Assembly (NCBI RefSeq): GCF_009914755.1
Contig: NC_060925.1
Length of the DNA: 64,000 nt
Source: the human T2T-CHM13v2.0 reference genome, Homo sapiens
Strand: one strand, 5' to 3'
The notes under the pieces were generated by a model that saw only the letters and a list, made by a program, of their open reading frames with translations, searched no databases and had not been told where the DNA came from. The position numbers were made by a program, and so were the translations under genes. Position 1 is the first letter of the stretch; every line of letters starts with the position of its first letter. Below, piece after piece: positions 40,130-52,285 of this stretch.

Positions 40130-42310
40130 CAAGCTGGTCTCCCATTCCCCAGCTTCTTACTTTCCAATTCTAGCGTGTATACATGTCAAGCATCCTGAAA
40201 TCTCTTTGTCTTTGAGTGGATCTCCAACTTCAGAGCTTAGGGTGATTTGCTTCTCAATCATTTCTACCTCCACCCATCAACATCTTAGATGTAAGACTTC
40301 CCCCAGGGTTTCCTCTTTCTCTTCTTTTCTTCCTCTATGGGCAATTATCATCCCTTCCCTTGACTCTAATATATGTTGCAACTTCCACGACCCAACCTCC
40401 TCCCTAAACTCCAGATACATAATTACAACAAACATTGTTAAGTATCTTCTATGTCTCACAGATGTGTCACACTCAACATGTCCAAACCAAATTTGTTGTT
40501 TTTCCTTTAACTTCTCCTCCTCTAAAGAATATCTTTCCATTGATGGAATTGCCACTCCTCCAGTCTCCCAAAGTAGAATATCTGGCTCATCTTCAGCATC
40601 CCTCTTTTCCTCACCCTATCACATGTAATTATCATAGAAACCTATTGGTTCTCTCCTCTAAATCTTTATTGTTTCCTCCTCTTGAATCCCATCATGGCTA
40701 CTTAAGTTTATGACCTTATTATCACTTGCCTGGACAATTGAAATAATCTCCTGCTTCATCTTTAGCCACTTTCTCTTTCAATCCCCCATTCACACTTTCT
40801 CCAGAGTAATCTTTCTACATGAAATCAGATCACTTCTGTCTTCTGCTCAGAATCTGGCAGGCTCTGTCATTTAATTAGCTGCTTTAGCATTGGCATAGAA
40901 ATGCCTTTATAATGTCAACTTAAGTCAAATTTTACTTTTACCTCCCTCCAGGTAGAACTACATTTCTTGTGATGTTGAGTAAACCTGGTTCCCTACATAC
41001 AGATTTTTTTGAAAAAATTTTTAGTGATGTTGCAAATTCTTGTTTTCTTTGTCACTGAATGAAACTACTGTATATTTACTTGCCAGGACTAGGAATCAAA
41101 ATCTTTGCAGGGATCCTCAATTTTCTTTCCCTTCATACATAACCCAAAGCCACATTACATCATTACCCTAAATATTTTTCACAAGTACACTCAAGACTTT
41201 CTGTCTGTACAGTTGCTAACCTGGTAAACTGCCATTATCTTTCTCCTGGGCTCCTATAAGAGCCTGTTATCTGGTCTCCTTGTGTCTGGCCCGGATTCTT
41301 TTCCATTCTGCTGTCTGTCACACTCGCTATGTTCTAGAATGCACAATTTACCATGCCCTCCTCTTTAGAATGTCTCAAAGGCTCTCCTAAGATTTCAGGA
41401 TAGGATGTAAACTTCTGAAGTTTGCTCCTGCTCTTCTCAGCTGCAAGTCTCTCCTCTGCCCTTTCCTCCCTCCTCTAAGCCTCAGCCGTGCTGAACTCCT
41501 TCCAGTTTCTGTAGTACATACCCTCTCTACGTCCAAGTCTTCCACAGCTTGGTTCCTCTCACTGAAACTCTACTCCCCTCCCTCTTCATCTGTCTAACTC
41601 CTATTTAACTTTTAAATCTCAACCAAAGGTAACTTCCTCCAGGTAGTCTTGACCATATTAGGTGCCCTTGCTATGTGCTGGTATAGCAACCTGCTTTCTT
41701 CCCCTGTTAGAGCCCTGATCATAATTTATTTTAATTACTTGTTCAATTAAGCATCTCACATTTCCCCAGCTAGAGTGTGAGGAAAGGGAGACTATCTCCC
41801 CTACTGTCATATACTAAGGCTAGCACAGTGCCTGGCAGACAGCGTGTGTTTGATAAATATACACTGATTAGTCTTCTTGTGAGACAAAAACACAGAGTAC
41901 TTTAAGAAAACACCTATATAAAACATGTTGACCCAATGACTACTGAATAAATACTCTTTTCCCTGAGTGAAATGCCTTTTTTTCCCTTATCTTTATGATC
42001 AACAGTCCTTTCTGAAGAATCTGTTCAAATGCCATGTTTTGTTTTAAAATCTTGCCAGATTCTTTCATCTTCTTATTTATACCCTACAACAACCTACATG
42101 TGAATTAACTCCTTTCTGGCTTTATGTTTCTGGTAGCCAAATGTCTGGTATGAAATTCTATAATATGTTGAGATTGTTTGTTTATGTGAAACTTACAAAA
42201 TGATGAGATCTAAGACTAGTGATCACAAACTCACTCATCTTCAGTTTCCAAGCATCTGGCTAGCAGAGTTCCTAGCTTGTAATCATTATTGAATCCATGA
42301 ATGAATGAAG
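40130..42310 (+). mobile_element. Cluster of L2 fragments
   Basis: Pyrimidine-rich L2 ORF2-end segments (ACTCAACATGTCCAAACC; CTTGCCTGGAC) and L2 termini at ~41820-41870 and ~42270-42310 (TGAATGAATGAA). Confidence 0.7.
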
Positions 42311-42714
42311 GAGTGAAGAATAAATGAGCTAGTATCAGTGCCTGAACACCTTTGTCTGGTCCTTGCAGCCCCCTCCCAACTGCCTTTTCTTCCTTCTCTC
42401 AAGTATTTCAGTTCTTAGTTCTTTGCTCCACCAGACAAATCACCTGCGGCTTTGCTCATGTGACTTTATTTTTCCCTCTGCACCTTTACACACAGCATTT
42501 CATGCACACCTCCTATTCCCCATGCCTCTTGTGCAATTCAAGTGGAAATTCCTACCCATATTCAACCTCTATATGACTATTCATTTATTTAGTCATTTTT
42601 TCCTCCTTTATCTTTTATTTACATAATTTACATTGTTCATTTGTACTTTCCATTTATTTACATTTTTTGGTGTGTTTTTAAAGGTGTTTTAAAATATCTT
42701 TAGAGATTTAAGTT

Positions 42715-43090
42715 TGCCAAGGGTCAGTTGTACGTTGACTAATACAACTCTCAAGACTCAGTGGCTTAAAGCAAAAACTTTTTTTCTTTTTTTATTATTA
42801 CTTAACACCATCCATGTAGCATGGGTCAGTCAGGGCTGTTTTCCACTTTGCCTTACTTTGGGGCCCAAGCAGCTACTGTTTGGATCACCTCTGAAAAACA
42901 GAAAGAAAAGAGTGAAAGGGAGAGCATAGTAAATCATACACTGGCTCTTGAAACTTTACCTGGAAGTGACTCTGCTCATCTGTGAAGCAAGTCATTGTGC
43001 CACACCTGACTTCCAAGGGTAGAGAAGTGTGATGTTACTGTATACCTGGAAAGTGTAGAAGTCTTTCATCAACAACACTAATGATCACAT
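42715..43090 (-). mobile_element. MLT1I/J-like LTR
   Basis: CTCAGTGGCTTAAAGCAA..GCAAGTCAT..GCCACACCTGACTTCCAAGGG. Confidence 0.65.
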
Positions 43091-43849
43091 AAGACTTCTA
43101 TTCCCTTTGAAGGTTCCTATCGGTTCTAGTATAGAGCTTTGAACATGGGGGGAAATCAGTAAATGCTAACTCTTTGCTTGACCTGAGGTATATTCATTCC
43201 ATAATTCTCTCTTGACTTGATTTTGAGTGGTGGTTCTCTTGGAGATGAAACCCAAGTTCTGCAAGAGCAAGAAAATGAACTGTACCCAAAATACAAAGGC
43301 AAAAAACACTTTAAATGCTTTAGCACTTTCTGAACTTGGCAGTGATAAAGACCTCACTAATAGTGTAGATGAACTTGATATTGTGGCCCTATTTAAAAAA
43401 AAAAAAAGCACTAAATCCTTCCAGCTGGAGATAATTGATGAAATGGCTATATCTCAAAGTTTCCCTGGCTGCCACTAACAGTGTTAAATTAGATAACTAG
43501 CAGCAGCATTTTGAGGAGATGGAAACCATCTGATACCAGAGAATAGAAAATAGAAATAGATAAAAGCATGAGAATTCTGAAAGCTATTGTGTGAGTTTTC
43601 TGAAGTTCAAGCTGTACTACCTTAAGAAGTTGGGTTGCAAAGATAATGAACATGGAAATGTCTGATCAACTGGAATATATGACATATACTGTATAGTCTT
43701 TTCACTGTGCTTCATGTGAGAGGATAAACATAGTGTGACAGAAATTCCTAAAGGTGTAGACTGTGTTTTATCCCCTGCTGTGCTCACTAGTACCCAGTAA
43801 ATTGTGGTGAGGAAATATGGGGTGGTACGGGCAACACAGTGTACTGTGG

Positions 43850-43995
43850 TATTAACACCTTCAATTCCATCATTTGTACAATGGGGAGTGTACCTTGAAA
43901 AAAGCACCTACCTTATAGGGTTGCTGTGATGATTAAATAAGATAATGAATGCAAAAATTTAGCTCTCTGCTCAGCCCTTATTAAATAGCAGCTGT
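43850..43995 (+). mobile_element. MIR fragment
   Basis: CACCTACCTTATAGGGTTGCTGTGATGATTAAATAAGATAATG. Confidence 0.7.
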
Positions 43996-44133
43996 TTTGT
44001 TTACTGTACAATTTTAACTTATTCTGGTTATTGTTTTTTTTTTTTAAAGAGAGTGCCATTTGTTCTAGTTCAGAGACTGAAGAAATAAATAGAAAAACCA
44101 AAGCATAGAGCTATTCCATATTGCCGTTTAAAA

Positions 44134-44395
44134 ACGTGTTTTTCAAACTGTTGTTTGTGACCAATTAGTAGGTCATGAAGTCAGTTTACTAGATCAGCAT
44201 ATAAAATAGGAGATAAAATAAAAATATGATAGTGCATTTGATTCCAAAGAATAAATATTTCTATTAAAATCTTATTTTGTGTGTAGTATGTGCCTTTATT
44301 AATGTATACATTTATTAATATATATGTATAATGGGTTAAAATATAAAATGCATTTCTTACTCTGAATTGTGGTCATAAAGTCTCAAAGTCATAAT
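44134..44395. mobile_element. MER112-like hAT MITE
   Basis: GTTTTTCAAACTG..GTGACCAATTAGTAGGTCATGAA..AAAATGCATTTCTTACT..GTGGTCA. Confidence 0.6.
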
Positions 44396-45384
44396 TTTAA
44401 ATTATGCATAAATGCATATGGGCCTCAACTTGTGGAAGACCCTATACCCCAAGGTATACCTGAGTTGAGTTTTTCTTGAAGATCATTTTCTAGAAATGTT
44501 CTAAACCACATTTAACTTGTAGGGATACAAAATACTAAAAATGATGACAAATTGTATTATAGGGTTTCTGGGGTAAAAAAAAAAATGTGTTAGGGAATTT
44601 TCCCCCGTCCCCTTTCATCTTCTCAAATCTGGCAAGGTTCTTTTTGTAACAGCGCAAACTATAACACATTTCAAATACAAAAATGTGAGCATCATTCTGA
44701 AATCCTTAATGAAATCTGCCTGATGTAATCCAGCAGTCCAGCTAGTGTGCTGATCTATTTAGCTGTCATCATTTGATGGCCTAATCACTACTTGAGCCCC
44801 ACACTTCCATTCAAAAAGCTAAGCACTTCCCAAATATAAAACAAAAGCAAGTAAAATTTAAAACGTGATATGTCACAATTGGCCTCTGAAATGCCATTTT
44901 CTTTCTTTAGACTTACAAGCCTGGGTGTCCAGGCTTCAAATTTTATAGGGCTCCTCTTCCTCAAAGGACAAAAGAGCTTGAGGAAAGCAGACCCATGCGT
45001 GTTTCATTCCGTTAGCACTTTTGAATGTACTGCTCAGTCATGGAAGGATCATGAAACACCCTTTACTGAATGCATTCCACCAACCCAAGTCTATTCACAT
45101 GAAGAGAACACAACAGTCCATCATTAGCAAAATCTGCTACATTTTCCTAGCTTTCCCTGGGGGCACTGCTTTCCCTCCCAGCCTTGTCATTTGGTGCCTA
45201 TTTTGTCTCACATTCCTTTTCTACCCCCTTGTGTTTTTATTGGTGTTTGCAAACCATTCTCACCCTGTCCCCGATAAAGGAAAATTGAACTTTGGATCTG
45301 ATGCTCCACCACCCACATATTATCTCTTCGAGTTGTGGTTATCTGTGGAGCCCTGAGTCCCTTGTGTCTGGAGATCTTTCGTAC

Positions 45385-45615
45385 CTGGCTCAATGTCAGT
45401 CCTTCAGCATCAGTCTTGTCAACTTTCTTGATGATGTGATTATTCTCATATATAATCCTTTCCTCTGAGTTCCTGGTCTTCTCCTCTTCAACCATCTTGT
45501 CCTCAATGCCATCTCAGCCACTCACCCCAGGCTCATATCATAGACCTTGTCTTTACTAGTAACTGTGACTCTCCACTGAAATTTTAAATAACTCTACTCC
45601 CTGGCCCTCACTTTT
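45385..45615 (+). mobile_element. L2 ORF2 endonuclease-region fragment
   Basis: GCCACTCAC..CATATCATAGACCTTGTCTTTACT resembles the PTH..GHTLDLVFT motif. Confidence 0.6.
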
Positions 45616-46619
45616 GATATCTTCTTTATGATATTCATGTTTAAATAATCACTGTTTGATAATGGGTTTTGTTTTATGTATCTATCAAAGGTAATTTTTT
45701 TGTACCCACATACTTCTTCACATAATCAAACTTCTTCTTCTGATGCTCTTTGGTTCTGTTTAATTGATACCGTAATGGCTTATAATTAAACTACCAAAGA
45801 CAGTGAATGTTTTTTGGAATCGTTTTGCATCGCTCTCTCCACTGCTACTCCACCCTCATTTGGTTTGCAGATTCACAAACTACGCCCAACAATTTACACA
45901 TTTCTAAAATCCCTATATCTGAAATTTTATCTCCACCTGTTACTGTCTTTTATCCTTTCATTGGGATCTGCAAATCAGGGGTTGAGGCACCCCTATAACA
46001 TTTGCTATATTTGAGGACTTATTTGCTTGGTTGATTTACGAGACTTGGTTTTATTACTTTAATGGCTTGTTGCAGCATACACCTGTAAACATCACCTGAT
46101 AAATGCTTCTTTTGTAGCAAATTAGGAAGTTACCAATTCATTGTATCATTAAATTTTTCCTGCATGTTTTTGTTCCTTTAAGAAAAATGAGAGAATGTTT
46201 ATAGTTTGCAGTCTTTACCATTGCTTTTGCATTCAATAATAAAACAAATATTGAAAATCACTAACTCAGCTATTATTTGGAATAACCAATTATGGGTTCG
46301 TTGTCTTATAGTTATTTTAATAAAAATATCAGTTCAAAATATTCGGCTTGATTTTCTCATTGAGAAAGGAGATTATTTTTCACTCTGGTAGCTGCATTAA
46401 TTTGTCTTTGCTACTAGAATATAATTAAGTAAATTAATTCCTCCAAGACTTTCTCTAACACCTAGTTGTGCAGATGAAGGTGCTAAGAAAGCAAAGATGT
46501 TTAAACCATGTATCCTGTCCTGCAGCTACTTACACACTAATTGATGAGATTGGGCTGAGTCAGTGGTAACCACACTGCAGGTATTTCAGATTTTGGTTAA
46601 CATTTTAAATAGCATTCTT

Positions 46620-47040
46620 TGTGATAAACTGGTTTGTTGTTCACCAAACCAGTTTTCCCCGTCCCCTTGTGCAGTAAGCTAGATTATATTTCATATTTTC
46701 CAGATTCCCTTGCAATTAGGTGTGGACATATGACTAAGTCTCGGCCAATGGAGGACAGACTAATGTATCTCACTTTTAGATCTGTTCCATAAAACTTCCC
46801 ACAATCCTCTATTCTATCTCTCTTAAACCATCTGCTGACTAGATGTCTATGCCTGAGGCTGAGAGTCAAGTATTGAAGATGGCAGAGGCTCAGTTAGCTT
46901 AGGTCCCTGAATGACGGAGTGAAGGTGAAATGGCTGCCCTATCACCCTCTGTTGAACAAGAAATAAGTCTATGTATAGTTAGGCCAGCAACATTTCAGGG
47001 TTTATCTGTTACAAATTCTAGGGTTGTGGTAACTAATACA
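46620..47040 (+). mobile_element. MLT1J-family LTR
   Basis: CCCTTGCAATTAGGTGTGG.CATATGACT..GGCCAATGG..GAAGATGGCAGAG..GGTCCCTGAATGAC..ACTAATACA. Confidence 0.8.
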
Positions 47041-48380
47041 CTAAAGAACTTAGGGAGTTGATCCCTGTGCTTTTATTATATGAGAAAATAAAGCTCATAC
47101 TTGAAATACATCATTATGAAAGCTAAGTATGGACTTGGTTGTACAAATGAAGACTGCCATGAAATCTAGGAATCAAAAATTATTCACTGCTGTTTACTAA
47201 AGAAGCTATGATTTAAAAAAAGTATGAGAAAAAGGGAAAGGAAATGAGGTCATGGAAGAGTCTTGGGAGTGGATGGGAGCATTCGAGGTGCAGTAAATCA
47301 TTTCTGCAATAACATTTCTGGTTCTCCATGTGTTCAAGTACCCACAGCTGGGGCTCCGTAGTGACTTGGATTTACTTTTGGCTGTCCTTATTTGTTGCAA
47401 GGGAGGGTGAAATTAGTAAGGTTTAAATCAATAACTCAAAGAATGCTTAATTAAATATCTTTGTAGGAAGGCCCCAACTAATCCTATTTTCCAGTTCTGG
47501 TATCTAGAGTTCTGTATTACTTGTATATTGGTAAGATTTTAAAACATTTACCTTCCCATCTATAATTTTTGTATGTGCTATATATAAGTTGATTTGAAAC
47601 ACTAAATGCCCTTATTATGTACATATCATCTACTGAAGAGCTGAGTAGTTTTACCCCAAAAGGAAAAAAATATAATCCTGTGTCATTAAATATGTGACAT
47701 TTAGTGGTGAATGCTCCAAGCATCAAGAAAAGGTGGTGTCTCTTAAACTCAGTCAATAACTCATAAACTCATAATTTTATTCATACTTGAATGACTTGTT
47801 GATAAATCAGTTTGTTTCCTTTTCTGAATTTCTCCTTTTTTTGTTACTGACAGAAGAGACGTATGTTTTCATCATGGCATTCTTTTTTTACAGAAATACA
47901 TATGCAAGTAATTGTTTTTTAAGAAAGAGTATATGTGGGAGGTAAGTTTTTAAATTTTTTGCATGTCAGAAAATGTCTAAGTTTTGTTCTCACACTTGAT
48001 TAATAATTAACTGGTTTTAGAAATGTAGGTTCAAAATCATTTTTCTTAAGAACCTCTAAAGAATTGTGACATTGTTTCAAGCATTTGGAGTTCATGTGTA
48101 AAGAAACCTACTCCACCTTCAAATCACCAAACTTTAGATTTTCTTTTTGCATTTGAAGTTCTCAAACTTTGTCAGAAGATTTCTAAGGATGGATATTTAC
48201 TCTTTGTGCTTGGCACTCAGATTGCATTTTCAATATGAAAAGAGTATGTATTTAAGCTCAGGGACACTGTCTTATTTCAATGACATTTTCCTCCTTATTT
48301 ATTTATTACCTTGGTTTTCTCTTTTTGCAACTGCTATCAAATAGCTTTTGGAACTTCTGAATTATCCCCCCACAATTCTG

Positions 48381-48708
<328 letters not shown>

Positions 48709-48727
48709 TAATATTCTGGGAGATTTC

Positions 48728-49846
48728 TGTTGCAGGAAGTCAGGGACCCTGAACAGAGGGACCAGCTGGAGCCGTGGCAGAGGAACATAAATTGTGAAGA
48801 TTTCATGAACATTTATCAGTTCCCAAATAATACTTTTATAATTTCTTATGCCTGTCTTTACTTTAATCTCTTAATCCTGTTATCTTTGTAAGCTGAGGAT
48901 GTACATCACCTCAGGACCACCGTGATAATTGTGTTAACTGTACAAATTGATTGTAAAACGTGTGTTTGAACAATATGAAATCAGTGCACCTTGAAAAAGA
49001 ACAGAATAACAGCGATTTTTAGGGAACAAGGGAAGACAACCATAAGGTCTGACTGCCTGCAGGGTTGGGCAAAAAGAGCCATATTTTTCTTCTTGCAGAG
49101 AGCCTATAAATGGGCGTGCAAGTAGGAGAGACATCACTAAATTCTTTTCCTAGCAAGGAATATTAATATTAATACCCTGGGAAAGGAATGCATTCCTGGG
49201 GGGAGGTCTATAAATGGCCGCTCTGGGAGTGTCTGTCTTACTGGTTGAGATAAGGACTGAGATACGCCCTGGTCTCCTGCAGTACCCTCAGGCTTACTAG
49301 GATGGGGAAAAAAATTCCACCCTGGTAAATTTGTGGTCAGACCTGTTCTGTGCTCTCAAACCCTGTTTTCTGTTGTTTAAGATGTTTATCAAAACAATAC
49401 ATGCACTGCTGAACATAGACCCTTATCAGTAGTTCTGCTTTTGCCGTTTGCCTTGTGACCTTTGTTGGATACTTATTAGTAGTTCGGTTTTTGCCCTTTG
49501 CCTTGTGATCTTTGTTGGACCCTTATCAGTAGTTCTGCTTTTGCCCTTTGTCCTGTTCCCTCAGAAGCATGTGATCTTTGTTCTGCTTTTTGCCCTTTGA
49601 AGCATGTGATCTTTGTACCTACTCTCTGTTATTACACCCTCTCCCCTTTTGAAACTCTTAATAAAAATCTTGCTGATTTGAGGCTCAGGTAGGCATCACA
49701 GTCCTACCAGTACATGATGTCACCCCCGGCAGCCCCCCTGTAAAATTCCTCTCTTTGTATTGTCTCTCTTTATTTCTCAGCTGGCTGACACTTATGGAAA
49801 ATAGAAAGAACCTATGTTGAAATATTGGGGGTGGGTTCCCCCAATG
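48728..49846 (+). mobile_element. MER11A solo LTR (HERV-K11/HML-8)
   Basis: TGTTGCAGGAAGTCAGGGACCC start, GAACATAAATTGTGAAGATTTCATG, ends TATTGGGGGTGGGTTCCCCCAATG; perfect 6-bp TSD GATTTC. Confidence 0.93.
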
Positions 49847-49942
49847 GATTTCCTTGTTTATATTTTCTATGTCATTCATATCATAACCATTCAATTTAGT
49901 AAGCATTTCTATTTAGCTTTTAATTTTAGCAGATGCATTTAA

Positions 49943-50249
<307 letters not shown>

Positions 50250-51299
50250 ACAAATGTACTTAATTTCTAAGCACTCTTTCTTGTTCATGGCTTGCTCCTT
50301 TTTTGTAAATCAGTTATTCTTATTTCATTCATGGCAGAGCTTCTTAAATCTTTTTGAGATTAGAATGTCTTCAACATTTTCTTTTGTTATTATGTCATTT
50401 GGGTTTCATATAAGACCAGTGCTTATGTTTGTTCATCTTGAATTTTTTTTCATGCCCTTGGTTTTCCATAAAAACAAATATTTTTGGTTCCTTTATAAAT
50501 GAATAAAGAACTGTGTTGACTTTACCAAAGGTAGCTGACATGTACTTCCTTTGCTCGTTTTAGGTCTTTTTACTCAAAGTCTTCCATGAGTGCTATGACT
50601 TTGCTTGCAGACTCTGGATATGTGGGCAGATTGTGTTAAAAGAGTAGAGTATGAGGAATGGATTAAAAAGACAGAAGCCTTCACAACAGCCAGAGGAAGA
50701 CTTTGCTTTGGGCTCAAATATTTTAGCCCATTCCACTCTCTGGTAGGGGGACCACACTTCCCAGTTTGTTCCTGTTGTTATATCATAATTACTAATAGTG
50801 TCCCCTTTTACTCTCTAAAGGAGACTGATTTGGATCATAACTTATGTGAGTCACTCTCTCCATGAGTGGAGGGTTCTTCTCTTTTCCTTGGTCCAAGTCC
50901 ATGGTAGAGGCCCAGGGTTACGGCAGTCTCTGATAATCTCTCTCTCTCTATTTTTAGCTCATCTTGTGTCCTTTCTAGATGAAACACACTCTTTTAGAGA
51001 CTACTTCTGAGGATTCAGCTGGGGCAAACTGCTGCTACCAGCTGTCTTATATACACAGGAAAGGGGTGGGGCTATCTGCCCCAGCTGTTTCAAAGCCCTT
51101 TCCCTATGGCCCCTCCTGATTTCAGCCTCACAGCTCCCTCCTCTTCTATATACTGATTGATTTCAAATTTGAATCCTTTCTGGGGGTTTTATGGGAAAAA
51201 AGTTTTATGTATTACTGTAGCCATCTTCAGCTCTCTTTCTAGTCTTTGGTTATCTTTATTCTGTTTTTCCTATCAATATAATCTCACAGACTGTGTTCC

Positions 51300-51911
51300 C
51301 ATGTTAGTTTTCTTTTGCTGCATAGCAAATTACAAAAGTTTTAGTGTCTTGAAACAATGCCTACTTATGATCACATTTTTTGTAGGTCATAAATCTGGGT
51401 GCTGGGCTAAAGTTAAGGATGAAATTTAGGTGTTGATCATCTGGAAAGTTAGGTGTTCTCATCTGGAAGCTTGACTAGGGAAGAACCCATTTCTGAGCTC
51501 ATCTGGGTTATTGGCAGGGCCCTGTGGCTGACTGCCCTGGACTGAGGCCCCGTTATCTTCCTGGCTATTGGCTGGGAGTCTCTGTTAGCTCCTAGAGGTG
51601 CTTTCATGCCCTAGCCACATGCCTCTCTCACAGCATAGTGACATGAGAATGTCTCTTTAATAAGGGCTCACCTGATTAGGCCAGGCCCACACAGGGCAGT
51701 ATGCCTTCTTGTTAATCCAAAGTCAACTGACTAGGGATCTTAATTGCCTCTGCAAATCTCTTTACTTTTGCCACATAACATAACCTAATTATGAGAATAA
51801 CAGTCCATCACACTCACAGATTCCCGTAGCACTCAAGGGGAAGGGATGACGCAAGGTATGGTTATTAGGTGTCAGAAATCTGGGGACCATTTTAGAATTC
51901 TGCCTACCATA
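51300..51911 (-). mobile_element. MLT1E-family LTR
   Basis: GGCTCACCTGATTAGG.CAGGCCCAC..AAAGTCAACTGA..GGGACCATTTTAGAATTCTGCCTACCA. Confidence 0.85.
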
Positions 51912-52285
51912 GGTCCCTAGGAAGTTGATTGACTCTAAGATGAGATTCCATGTTAGACGGTCCTTAGTGAGGGCCATCAAGATGAACAGTTGTGGCCAAA
52001 AGGAAGGACAAAGCCCTGAGTGGAGGCATAAGTCAGGCTACGGAATAGTCACAATAAGGCTTCAGTCAACTCCACGGGTAGCTCATGGCTGGCTGGCATT
52101 TTAGAATTGTACCTAGTTGGGGGAAGAGGTTGTGTTTGTATAGGCTGTCTTATGCTAGTCATTGGATATGAGATCTCCTGGGAGGCTCATCTGTACAGCT
52201 GAAAGTTTTTAATTCACAACCTTCACAACAGCTGGGGGAAAGAATTTTTAGTCCTAACATGGAGTTCTGGGCTGTAGAGTACTTC
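51912..52285 (-). mobile_element. LTR16A-like ERVL LTR
   Basis: AAGGCTTCAGTCAACTCCACGGGTAGCTC..TAGAATTGTACC..AGTCATTGGAT. Confidence 0.6.

Noticed and set aside
46626-46655. 11-bp-arm hairpin
   Set aside because: Lies at the MLT1J LTR start and appears largely inherited from the element
49418-49620. 50-bp-period tandem repeats
   Set aside because: Intrinsic to the MER11 LTR as I recall it
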